Part shown: one piece after another, positions 49,368 through 61,949 of the stretch | Layout: each line of letters starts with the position of its first letter | Position numbering within the stretch: position 1 is the first letter of the stretch | NCBI GenBank assembly: GCA_965644295.1 | Contig: CBFFRP010000217.1 | Span: forward strand, 186,001-250,000 | Length of the DNA stretch: 64,000 nucleotides | From: Paraphysomonas bandaiensis | Taxonomy: Eukaryota > Protista > Chrysophyceae | Direction of reading: 5' to 3' | The notes under the pieces: model-generated | The model's database searches: none | The model's input: the letters and a program-made list of their open reading frames with translations, nothing else | What the model was told of the DNA's origin: nothing | Position numbers and translations under genes: made by a program

Positions 49368-51600
49368 TTATTTCTTTCCTGGCGTAGTCTTTTTAGGAGA
49401 GATCTCTTGTATAGTGTTCTGATGTATCATAATGCAGCATCCCATCTGTACAAAATTGAATATTACTTTCACCATATTCATTAAATCCAGAGTCGCATAG
49501 TATACAAAAATTCATACCCATGGTGGTCTACTTACTTTCGGGTCATGTTTCTCTTTGCCCATAGACCAGTCGTAGCATCGGGAATATACCGTAATGTTAC
49601 CCTAATATGGTATCACAAGATAGCGCGGGAGTCATATAAACACGATACATATGTCACAGTTACACTCTACCATGGGACTGAAAATAGCATCTGTAATGGG
49701 AGCCTGGCCCTTGAAAGCATCGAAAGTTTTCAACTTTTGCCTGTATCAATATCAGCACAAGTTGCAGGAAACATTATATAGTACTTATCATCCTTGTCCC
49801 AATAGCACATAACTCCATCCGAACCACCAGTCAATAACGTATTCAAATGAGTAAAACTAATGGCGTTCACACTGCACCAAGAAATTTATGCACTTATAAA
49901 ATTTTACATGAACCATACCTGTATAAGTCAGATAAGTTTTCAGAGGGGATTTTCTTGTCCCGGTGACACTTAAAAAGGAAGTTTTTAGCCGCATCTGCAT
50001 CCACATATAAACAGTTGGAGATGAAATCATTTAATAATTAGTATATGCTATATATACGGCAACTATCCAAAAAGCCTAAAAATAGTGACATAACCGTGAT
50101 ATACGTGCAAATATAGTTGGCGTTGAGCAGCTTCATAAGTTCAATATTACTTTTATCAAAGTACTCTATAGCAACTCTGCCTTCTATGCAACCCACAGCG
50201 AACCCAGCCCTATAAAAATCCAAGCAACAAGGAATATTAAAAATAGCGTTATACGTTTTATCAACGCTTACACATCATGAAATATTTTGACTACTCTGGT
50301 CTGGTAGGAAAGGGGGCTATCGTACTCCCTCATCTTGTTGAAATTATGACCTGCATGGCCACAATCAGCAATTAACAATTACAACGCTATGAGCCCACAC
50401 AAATACTACATCGATACAAAAGACGGGTATACAATTCAACAACACATTTTATACATATCATTTAATACCTACCTTGAGTGATATCAAACACGGCCAGCTT
50501 CCTGTCGCCCGTTCCGACTACCATGGCAGGCCCTCTGGCGTCCATGCTGTATGCCCTATCAGTTAGCTGGATGTTGTGTACAGGAGTGGGCTGCCGAGTA
50601 TCCCATAGCTTCACCTGTAACACCATGAGGCTTGAAAACAAGATATCCACGGTGTCATCCATCTGGACACATAATACAGTGATTTTTTGACTGATTTACT
50701 CACAGTTTTGTCCCATGATGCCGTCGCCACCACACCTAGATCTGAAAGAACTTTCACCGATCTAAAAACAAACAATAATACCCATAAGACTATATGATAT
50801 ATACAGGGTTCTGGCCATAACGCGTACCTGATGGGTAGCTCGTGCTGCCCAATTGTCTGAGCAGTGTTACCCTGAGAAGGATTCCACATCTTGAGAGCAT
50901 TGTCAGCTCCTCCACTAAATACTGTCAGCCCATCCTATCCACATACAACAATCACATAGTCAAAATACGCTTACATAGAAATACATGAACTAGGGTAGGT
51001 ACTATGTGGGTCTCATATTGAAAACTAAAAGCCCGCACTGCTGGGACTAAATGCACACATCCATGTCGGATATTTTATTGCAATTTCTGCCTACAGGTCA
51101 GTATCGGCAGTAGCCCAATGCTTAGGGGGGGTTATCATATCACCGACCGGACTAGTATAGTCCACAAACTATCACGCTAACATATAGAATACCAGGGATA
51201 TAATCTTACTACCGCCAGTACGATGCATAGTAAATGTACTGTATATACGGCTAAAAACATGACAGAGGGGACTATATCTCACCGAAGCAATGTCTGTGCA
51301 CAGAACAGGACCGTCATGATGGATTTGAGCCTGAGGCAAAGCTCCGGTTATGTTTCCGTCCTGGCCGTACTGCAGCTGGTAGCAATATACCTGTGTATGT
51401 GTACAGGGTCAGAGGGCATGAGGAAGGAATGAGGAATGATAATAACGCACAGCTTTGTCCCAGCACCCGGCTATAAGCATGTTAGATGGAGTGTTAATGT
51501 CCCCATTCAGAGAGAGAGACGACACACTATCAGAGGGAGAGTTCTGGATAGTTATATCATTCGCATTAGGGCTTTGTCTGGTTCTATTATGGTATGCCAT
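49368..51600 (-). CDS. RAE1: mRNA export factor RAE1/Gle2 (WD40), copy 1
   Basis: PSDSVSSL, IAGCWDK, HDGPVLC, FSGGADN..KMW, ATASWDKT|VKLWDTRQP, SPLSYQTR, GFAVGCIEGRVAI, NFLFKCHR, TGGSDG..CYWDKD, YDWSMG. Stop after KKTTPGKK. Confidence 0.93.
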
Positions 51601-52049
51601 AGTGAAAGAGAGAGAGGGAGTGTAATGGAAGAGAGGAGCCTCACTGTTCTATGCTGTGTAATGGACTGTCAGTGATATCACAGTCATGCTGTGCGTGTAC
51701 ATCCGCTGCTGCTGCTGCTGTGGAGTAGTACGGTATACTTATATACAGAGTAGAGTGGTAGAGGGAGAGTTCGTCTTGTACAAGCACTGTACGTATACAC
51801 TGCTGCTCCTCCATCAACACCACGAATATGTACGCTACTTTGCATACTTCGTAATCCTTATACACCAATACATATAGAAAATCCCTTGTTTTCAGAGGTT
51901 AGAAAAGGAATATCCTCCACTTCTTCGTCCTATCTACGGTATTTATATCAGTGGTACAGTAAAACCCGTTAAGTATAGAGGAACAGAGATGCATGTATGT
52001 ATGTGTCATATGGACCTCACTCACTCACTCAAATTAAAAGATTTCTGCT

Positions 52050-52310
52050 CAATGAGGAAGAAGATGACAGTGTGAGGGACTAGAGTTCAGAATATCAACA
52101 CAGCTCAGCGTTTGATTGATGGCAATCGCCAGCGGAAGCGGACATGTCGTAACAAACAAACTTGATATACACAGCCTGAAGCGCTTGCATGCCATAACAT
52201 GTATGGTTGAAAGATTATTCAGTGGAGCAAGATTGCTCTGACCTATTTACACACAAGGGTTATAACTCCTGGGCAGTTAGAGGAGCTACTCATGTTTTTA
52301 CGCATGAATT
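52050..52310 (+). pseudogene. Decayed hAT transposase C-terminal fragment between the RAE1 copies
   Basis: TAQRLIDGNRQRKR...MVERLFSG...LEELLMFLRMN, frameshifted; homologous to AAQRLIDGSR*RKR...VERLFSR at ~9.0 kb. Confidence 0.7.
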
Positions 52311-53062
52311 ATTTGATACTAAACTACGTAAATTATTCGGACAGCAAGTAATACTTACCATTATAATTTACTTCAACCTGCACCACTTAGATGTTACGCA
52401 GCCGTGTTATCTATAAGATATGATTATATTGGATGGTAGTAGTGACATCATAGCTAGATGTTGTGATGAATGATAAGAGATATATATCACAAATTCACTT
52501 AATTGATTATTGAGTAAGTTTACTTACGGTGACTAGAGTTAGCTACACCATCCTTACGTCAGTTTCGGGTTTCGGTTACGTTAGGAACAAGTACGTGATA
52601 ATGGTCATCTGACTTTTACTATAAAAACATTTATGAGCTGCTAAATTGATTAGTGGACAGATGCTGCTACGTCGCTTACACTTAAAACTCATGACGCGAC
52701 TAGGGGCCTAATTTTGCTACACTCATATTATTTGGAACGTCACAGGAGTCCGCATACTTGTACTCAGTAAATGAGGAGGACAAACTATCCAGTTCCCTTG
52801 TGTTGATATAAATAGAAAATTACTACCATTGACTCCAAACGCTTCACTAATGCCTAATTACTGATTACTTACGGACCCAGAATTGTTGATACATTTCAGT
52901 TACATACTAGCCACTCGGAGTTCCTGGCTACGTTCATTCTTCTGTATAAAACCGCATCACAAGAAACTATGTATATTGGAAGCCATCAAAGCTTTCCAAT
53001 GTAAGGTATGAACTCTCGGTATCAAAGAATTATCTACTCCTTCGTATCAGTCTCTTCATATA

Positions 53063-55300
53063 TTATTTCTTTCCTGGCGTAGTCTTTTTAGGAGAGATCT
53101 CTTGTATAGTGTTCTGATGTATCATAATGCAGCATCCCATCTGCACAAAATTGAATATTACTTTCACCATATTCATTAAATCCAGAGTCGCATAATATAC
53201 AAAAATTCATACCCATGGTGGTCTACTTACTTTCGGGTCATGTTTCTCTTTGCCCATAGACCAGTCGTAGCATCGGGAATATACCGTAATGTTACCCTAA
53301 TATGGTATCACAAGATAGCGCGGGAGTCATATAAACACGATATATATGTCACAGTTACACTCTACCATGGGACTGAAAATAGCATCTGTAATGGGAGCCT
53401 GGCCCTTGAAAGCATCGAAAGTTTTCAACTTCTCCCTGTATCAATATAAGCAACAAGTTGCAGGAAACAATGTATAGTACTTATCATCTTTGTCCCAATA
53501 ACACATAACTCCATCCGAACCACCAGTCAATAACGTATTCAAATGAGTAAAACTAATGGCGTTCACACTGCACCAAGAAATTTATGCACTTATAAAATTT
53601 TACATGAACCATACCTGTATAAGTCAGATAAGTTTTCAGAGGGAACATTCTTGTCCCGGTGACACCTAAAAGGAAAGCTTTTAGCCGCATCTGCATCCAC
53701 ATATAAACAGATGGAGATGAAATCATTTAATAATTAGTATATGCTATATATACGGCAACTATCCAAAAAGCCTAAAAATAGTGACATAACCGTGATATAC
53801 GTGCAAATATAGTTGGCGTTGTACAGCTTCATAAGTTCAATATTACTTTTATCAAAGTACTCTATAGCAACTCTGCCTTCTATGCTACCCACAGCGAACC
53901 CAGCCCTATAAAAATCCAAGAAACAAGGAATATTAGCAATAGCGTAATACGTTTTATCAACGCGGCTTACACATCATGAAATATTTTGACTACTCTGGTC
54001 TGGTAGGAAAGGGGGCTATCGTACTCCCTCATCTTGTTGAAATTATGACCTGCATGGCCACAATCAGCAATTTACAATTACAACGCTATGAGCCCACACA
54101 AATACTACATCGATACAAAAGACGGGTATACGATTCAACAACACATTTTATACATATCATTTAACACCTACCTTGAGTGATATCAAACACGGCCAGCTTC
54201 CTGTCGCCCGTTCCGACTACCATGGCAGGCCCTCTGGCGTCCATGCTGTATGCCCTATCAGTTAGCTGGATGTTGTGTACAGGAGTGGGCTGCCGAGTAT
54301 CCCATAGCTTCACCTGTAACACCATGAGGCTTGGAAACAAGATATCCACGGTGTCATCCATCTGGACACATAATACAGTGATTTTTTGACTGATTTACTC
54401 ACAGTTTTGTCCCATGATGCCGTGGCCACCACACCTAGATCTGAAAGAACTTTCACCGATCTAAAAACAAACAATAATACCCATAAGACTATATGATATA
54501 TACAGGGTTCTGGCCATAACGCGTACCTGATGGGTAGCTCGTGCTGCCCAATTGTCTGAGCAGTGTTACCCTGAGAAGGATTCCACATCTTGAGAGCATT
54601 GTCAGCTCCTCCACTAAATACTGTCAGCCCATCCTATCCACATACAACAATCACATAGTCAAAATACGCTTACATAGAAATACATGAACTAGGGTAGGTA
54701 CTATGTGGGTCTCATATTGAAAACTAAAAGCCCGCACTGCTGGGACTAAATGCACACATCCATGTCGGATATTTTATTGCAATTTCTGCCTACAGGTCAG
54801 TATCGGCAGTAGCCCAATGCTTAGGGGGGGTTATCATATCACCGACCGGACTAGTATAGTCCACAAACTATCACGCTAACATATAGAATACCAGGGATAT
54901 AATCTTACTACCGCCAGTACGATGCATAGTAAATGTACTGTATATACGGCTAAAAACATGACAGAGGGGACTGTATCTCACCGAAGCAATGTCTGTGCAC
55001 AGAACAGGACCGTCATGATGGATTTGAGCCTGAGGCAAAGCTCCGGTTATGTTTCCGTCCTGGCCGTACTGCAGCTGGTAGCAATATACCTGTGTGTGTG
55101 TACAGGGGTCAGAGGGCATGAGGAAGGAATGAGGAATGATAATAACGCACAGCTTTGTCCCAGCACCCGGCTATAAGCATGTTAGATGGAGTGTTAATGT
55201 CCCCATTCAGAGAGAGAGACGACACACTATCAGAGGGAGAGTTCTGGATAGTTATATCATTCGCATTAGGGCTTTGTCTGGCTCTATTATGGTATGCCAT
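53063..55300 (-). CDS. RAE1: mRNA export factor RAE1/Gle2 (WD40), copy 2
   Basis: Same exon structure as copy 1; GFAVGSIEGRVAI, SFPFRCHR. Confidence 0.93.
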
Positions 55301-55871
55301 AGTGAAAGAGAGAGAGGGAGTGTAATGGAAGAGAGGAGCCTCACTGTTCTATGCTGTGTAATGGACTGTCAGTCGTATACTTACACAGCTGGGCTTTTGT
55401 CCCAAATTGGTAAATTGGTAGTGTGCTCCTGTACATGCTGCTCTATAGTCGTATATGGTATACTCGTATATAGTATACTGCACTGGTAGATGGTTATATG
55501 TGGAAAATCCGAAAAATCCCGAGGAACTTGCTTCCAAAAACATCTTCGTCCAATCTATGTATGTGTAATCTATGTATGTGTAATGTATGTATATGTCAGT
55601 ATACCGTATATGTATATGGATACACAGCAGAATGTATAGTGGTACAGCAGTACAGTACAGCCCGCCACATCATACAACACCACACCACACCACACCACAT
55701 CCATGTCGCCTCTACGTGCATATACAGGGCTGGGTGCGGTAGTCCAGCCTCAGTATCTATCCTCTGCAGAGCATATGGCTAACTACAGCTCCCATAATCA
55801 CACATACATCACCCTTCTACCTTCCCAATCGTATTGTAACTAACCTCTACCACCCCTCCTCACTCCTCTCC

Positions 55872-58260
55872 ATGAGGATGCACTTACATGCCTTCCTTAT
55901 CAGTGTATTGGCTGGTTGTTTAATATCAACATGCGGCTCAGAAAAACCCTCTAAACGACTCACAGCAGACGATTTTCCACACTTTGATAATGGAGATACT
56001 GTAGAATTCTATTACATTGAAGGCGTGTTTCCCTATACGACTCCTGAGTATATTGTGGATGGCTCGGGAGACCTCTGGACTCAGTATAGTTTAACTCATG
56101 CTGGATTGGGAGTATGGAACAAAGAAATAGGCGAGAAGATGTCGATTGAAATTGTTTGTGAGGATTATGTAGGGGCACTTTTGCCCACTGTATCTAGTAA
56201 TGGGTCAATACACTGGAATAATACTGCAAGCGTGGTAATGACGAAGCCAATGAACGAGTCATACTGGCTGGAGAGTAAGCTGGTATGTTTTATAAACACA
56301 ATACGATATATACGTATATCCCATTGACCAGTGTGTGTTGTTGTGGTGCTGTGTAGTTGGCGGTGTCTAATGGGGCAGCCTACCAGCATATAAAAGAATG
56401 GGTTCAGGATAACCACAAAAAATATGCCGTGTATCAGGTGATTGCGCTCTACACATGACATGCTATATGGCATATAAATATACATTTGTTTATTTCTGAT
56501 ACACCTACAGCCTGTTTCAGTCTACGAATACTATCCTAGTGCTGATGATGGGGTGGGGAAGCTTCTAGTGCCCTTCGTGGATTCGTACTCTTTTCTCCAC
56601 GATATGCTGCAAGAGGTATCACATGTTCAATACTATAGTACACTGGTTACTGCATGTTTTGTGCGGTACTACTTTTTCTGTACAATAAAGTGAGATTTAT
56701 GTTGTATCTCTGGATGGAATACCTTACTTGATACCATACTGTCTACCTCAGTTGGCAGATTATGGCGTTAAGCAAAAGAGTTTCTTGGATGTTAGCTCTA
56801 CTGGGTTTAGCTACTTGGCAGATACAGCCTCTATTGAAGGAGGGGCTGCTTGGAGACTCTCCTGGGAAGAAGGCGAGAATCCTCCTACTAATGTATCAGA
56901 ATGGTAATTTCTTAATTTGGCTACTTCACCCCGCCTTGACTGACAATATTGTGCGCATTCAAAGAAGTTATAGTGACTGTACTATATAGGTATTCTACTC
57001 TGAATGAATGCTATGAGGAAACATGGGAACGAAATATCGGTAACGCGGGAACATTCCTGGAAGAGGTGTCAGAATGTTATGACTCGGGCTTTGCGTTTGT
57101 ATACGATGGTCCTACTGCAGTGTTGCAGGTACAAGCATGTCAATCCGCGTTCTATAAATGCTAGGTGTAGGATTAGTTAAACCTGTGGTATATACTTGAC
57201 TTTGATGGGTGCGATTTGTAACAGGTCCCTTTAGCTAAGGGTTCGGCAGGTGATGGAAACTACGAGGCTCCTGTGCTATGGAGGAGCACATACGAGCTGC
57301 CGAAAGGTAGTACCGCTTTAGTATGTTTAGATGCCACAGTGCCCTTGCCATGTGCACTGTCAACTAATACTGAACCTCAGTGAGCTCCTCGAAGGAAGTC
57401 ACGTGGGATATAGTAGATACCATAGTCGTATCAGTAGGAGCCCTAGTTCTATGCGTACTCTTAGGAGGGGTCTGTATGAGATTATACAAAAAGGTACGAT
57501 GCTGATTTTCAGTATATTGTGTGACCAATTTTTCTTTTTACAGCCTTCGAGGAGACCTGCGTCAATGAAATGGGAAGCTAAAGCTCAGAGCTTAGTGGAC
57601 GATATTTCTCGGTCTCGTAAACACGGGAATCGTTCACCTTTTGATCCTGAAGCACACGATGGGAGTGGCAGTAGAGACAGTCATGGAGATGTCATTTTCA
57701 ACTACTTTAATAGGTGCGCAGTTACGAGATGAGTGCAGAAAAGTGTACGCCTTATATGGTGCTTCTCATTATATATTTGTATGAGTAGGCCCACAGATGA
57801 TTTTCGAGGCATGAAGGAGTATACGCAAGGGGATTCTGATAGCCGGCGACTTCAGGACTCCTTCCACAGGATTGTGCGCACTTTTTTTCGGTGACAATAT
57901 AATTAATATTTGCAAATAACTTCCCGTTAATTCTTTACAATTCTTTACAGGAGTAGGGATAGCTCATCTTTCCGTGCATCACATTCCGTGAATTCTTGTC
58001 GAAGCTCAGAGGATGTTGTCACGGCTGCGTCTACCTACACCCCTCCTGAGGTCTCTCCATCTCAGCCAATGCGTGCACCGTTTTCTTCTGCATCTAATAG
58101 TGACGTGTTGGTTGATTTATTGAGAGAACCCTCCGTATGCGTACACACGGAAGCAGCAAGCAACACTGGCCCAAGTAGTGGTATTAAAACTGCTACTGCT
58201 GAGGCTGGTGATGGAGAGCTTGAAGACAGATGTGACTCTGCTACCCATATCACTATATAG
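55872..58260 (+). CDS. CLN5-like (NlpC/P60-fold) type-I membrane protein: signal peptide, luminal domain, TM helix, cytosolic tail
   Basis: Colinear with human CLN5 as recalled: THAGLG..(17 aa)..MSIE ~ MHDAIG..YTME; HWNN ~ FWCN; NGAAYQHIKEWVQDN ~ SGNMFNQMAKWVKQDN; VDSYSFLHDMLQE|LADYG ~ YDCSKFVLRTFNKLAEFG. TM segment IVVSVGALVLCVLLGGVCM followed by RLYKK. Confidence 0.75.
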
Positions 58261-59158
58261 TTTGTCTGTTATTAAAATTTTTTTCAGCTGGAACGCACAC
58301 ATCTACTAGTATTATGCTATGCTTGTGGGTATACTGTACATATTATGCGGCACTGGGTATTGTGTTTCCCAAATAGTTAAATGTTTCTTCTTTCTCCAGT
58401 GTGATTTTAAATTTGGTAACGGGTACTAAATATTTCTATTCGCGTGAAAGATGTATCATATAGAAAATATACTACAACGATGATGTGGTACAAGTCTTCA
58501 GCCTTGTTCGTATATGAAAGTTTAGATTAAATCAGCAGTTTAATTATAATTGAGCACAAAAATTTCATCTAATCAGTGTACACTTATAACAGTATAAAAT
58601 ACTTTATTCAGTCATCTGGTGATTGGCAATACATTTTCTGCAACCTACTTTGTATCCTTGAATATATTAGCTCCCAGTGGTGGGTAACTATAACTTGGCG
58701 AAAAGTACCCAGTACCCAACAATGCTAATGCAATTGTTTACCAACAAACATCTAATTAGACCAGTAGAGGTGCTATATAGTTAATTGTATATACCACAGC
58801 ACGTATTTCAACATTGATTCCCACTTGCTTGCTGATTATTGCAATCATCATGCATTTCTGAATTTTAAAGATAATATAACATATTTTATAATACTTGCAC
58901 AAAAAATTAAAGTGTCTATTACACTCGCGGATAATTATATTGTTTAATATTAGATATTACAGAAGAAACTAGAATAGTTCTACCTCCTTTCGGCCATCAA
59001 CACTTAACTAACAAAACACACAAGTTCATGGAGATAGAACTATGAAAAAAGAAAAAAGCAACACCGGCACTATGGTATACTAGTAAACACACAATACATT
59101 GAAACATTGTGTGTCCTACATATCATATACAAGCTCGAAGCCCTTTCATTCCTTCTGT

Positions 59159-61224
59159 TTACATACTACCAGAAGCATAAGCTATATGTGCAGACAAAGC
59201 TTGATACCACTCGTCGCACTGGTGTTCGTCCTGGGCCTCGAGTTTGAGGTCCTTACCCTACAGACAAATGTCAGGGGCCTAGGAGCTGATCACTACACAA
59301 AAATAAATGCCGTTGTCTACTACTTTATGCATACTTATACATATCATAATAGGTGGTGTATACCTCTGGAGCATAAAGGTATATCCTGTTAAAGACCCCT
59401 GAATGACTTCTACTGCTTATGCTGCTTGCCCTCTCATGACTGTCCCTGCTACCCCTACCTCCACGCTCCACGCCCGCCCCAATCAGACTAACTCCACCTT
59501 TCCGTTTTACTCCATACGGAGGTATATCTATGGGCTTCTCATAATAGGATAAGTCACCTGCAATTAGGACAAAGTATCTCTCCTTCCAACTTCGAACCAT
59601 GTGCCCTTCTTTCCTCAGCCACCCCCTGTGCATTGGTGGAATATCCCGAGATTTGGTAGTGCTATTGCTCCTTTCACTTTTCTTATCCTGGTTAAGAGTT
59701 ACGGGCTCAAGATCATGGTCGGGGTAATCCCGGACAGTGAGACCCTTATAATTATTCTTTATCTTCGGTTTCTTGAACTGAACGTCCAAGCGTTCATCAC
59801 TCTGATCACTTATAACTTCTATTACCAGTTCAGCTACCTACAAATCACATAAGCATACTAAAAACTGTAGTAGTGTATGTTGTGTGGTAAATGTACGAAA
59901 TTAGCATAAGATACGCAGATATGTTACCTTGTCACTCTGAGTTACGTAGCGAGCATCGTTCGGATGTATGATGACATCATATGTATCACACATGCCCCCC
60001 CCTTTATCCTCTGTTTCTCGTTTTCCATTCAGTAGCACCCCTCCTACAATTACAACTCCATCGGGCACGCCCTCCGGGAGTGTCAGAATATTTATGAACA
60101 CTTTGCGCCCACTTGTCTCCCGCTTTGTTTTCAGCACCAATACAGGGATTGGGGTAAATCGATATCCCGATGAGAGTTGTGGGGAGGTAGTAGGAGCCGT
60201 ACTTGAAACAGAGGGTGGTGTTGCAGTAGATGAATTAGATACAACTGTCTTTGTAGTTGAACCAGTATGACCTTCAACTTTGGTATCAGCAGCTGTACTT
60301 GAAGTAATTTTTGAATCAGCAGGTGAAATGGAACTACTTTCTTGTGGAGTCTTTTCGAGTGTTGTAGAACCATTTGAGTCATCGGCTTCAGAAGGTGGAG
60401 GTGGGGGCTGATCATCCCATGAGGGCTTGTATGTGATTGTAGAGGCAGCACTTTTGCGTACTACAATTTCTCTAATCACTTCTCGTCGTTCGTCTTTCAC
60501 CCCTCGCATGGACTCCTTCTCTGAGACAACTGTGCTGTGGGTAGTAGACTCGAAGGGTGTCTTGGTACTGATGTGAGTAGATATTGGGGTAGTACTATCA
60601 ATAGAGCCCTCTGAAGGGCCTGGAGATGGAGCACCATCTCTTTCTACCTGCATACGAGGTGGTACTGCACTGACAGGTTGAACAGGGGGCGTATGGGATG
60701 CTGAAGGCGTAGACCATCGCATTGTGGCATCAGCGAGAAGAGAGTCTTCTAGCCTAGTGTACCTTGCGCAAACTGGCTCCTGTCGTTGGGTATTAGCAGT
60801 TCATACATAATTTATTTCATTTCTCAACCTGTCCCCAGAAGCATTGTACACATACTCTGACGGGGCCTTTATCTGCTATTTCCTCCACAGTAGCCATTCC
60901 AGATCCACATGTGCCACAGATCGCGTTACCACATGCGTGACAGTGAAGTCGATATGCAAATACAGAAAAAGCTTGCGCACACACCATACAGTTCGATATA
61001 TCTTCATTCAACACCCATCCGACGTTCGAGTAGTCACCAGAAGTGGCGTTGCGGATATACAGTCTGCGTATGACCTGCTCCTTGCCCGCTATACGCACAC
61101 TCTCTTTCTGAAGTGTTGCTTTAATTCCGTTGCGTTTGAACACTCCAGAGGATCCTCGTATACGGCTCTCTATCTCGAGGCTGTTGAGCCCCACTGTATC
61201 AGTGAGTATATCCACCACATCCAT
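59159..61224 (-). CDS. FYVE-like + PIH1 + PH domain protein
   Basis: FYVE-like: WVLNEDISNCMVC..F....RLHCHACGNAICGTC...VRVCVQC. Ser/Thr linker. PIH1: FTPIPVLVLKT...KVFINI...EDKGGGMCDTYDVIIHP. PH: GWLRKEGHMVRSWKERYFVL...|GKDLKLEAQDEHQCDEWYQAL. Confidence 0.85.
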
Positions 61225-61949
61225 ACAAATAACCTCTAACAGACAGAGGAATCACAGGTGATATGTTAATTTATTCGGAAACACCCCTGGTGGTGGTAGA
61301 TATGTGTGGGGTCTGCATATGTGTGTGGATTGATCTCTAGATTATATTTATGTATGCTGGGCGCTGTATCCAGCTCTCCTCCATCCCTCTCTATATAATC
61401 ATACAGGGGCGCATATGGATATAGCAGCATATATGTATGTATGCCGTGGTATGGTATGGTATGGTATGGTATGGTATGGTGTGGGTGTTGTATACCGTGG
61501 TATAGGCAAGCATAGGGATCCAGATGTACCAGCAGCACACACTATCGCCAATTCACACTCATGATACGATTGGGACAAACAGGATGCATCTGTTCGTCAG
61601 ATGTTCTTTTCAAAAAATACGGAGCAATTTTGTTCTTCATCTTCAATTAAAACTTCAACACTATGAAATATTGTCCGATTGTCGTGATAAATAAGCATTA
61701 TTGTCCTACACAAAACTTCACAATGTAAAGAAAAATCACAACTTCTTCTTATGTAAATACTACCAACACCTGTACACCATGTACAGCAGTATATATATAT
61801 AACCACAACAACAATCATAAATCACATACTATCACACTATATATCTGCATTAGCTGAACATTCACTCCAGCCGTCTCTCTATCAACAATTTATTTAAATA
61901 GATTTCGAACATTAATTCCCTGAAAAACAAGTACGTTTCTATTATTTAA

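Larger units (their letters stand above)
48620..55373. repeat. Tandem segmental duplication of ~3.05 kb (48620-51673 vs ~52306-55373) carrying RAE1
   Basis: Near-identical sequence including introns and the downstream intergenic region. Shared sequence ends at ATGGACTGTCAGT (51673 / 55373). Confidence 0.95.
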
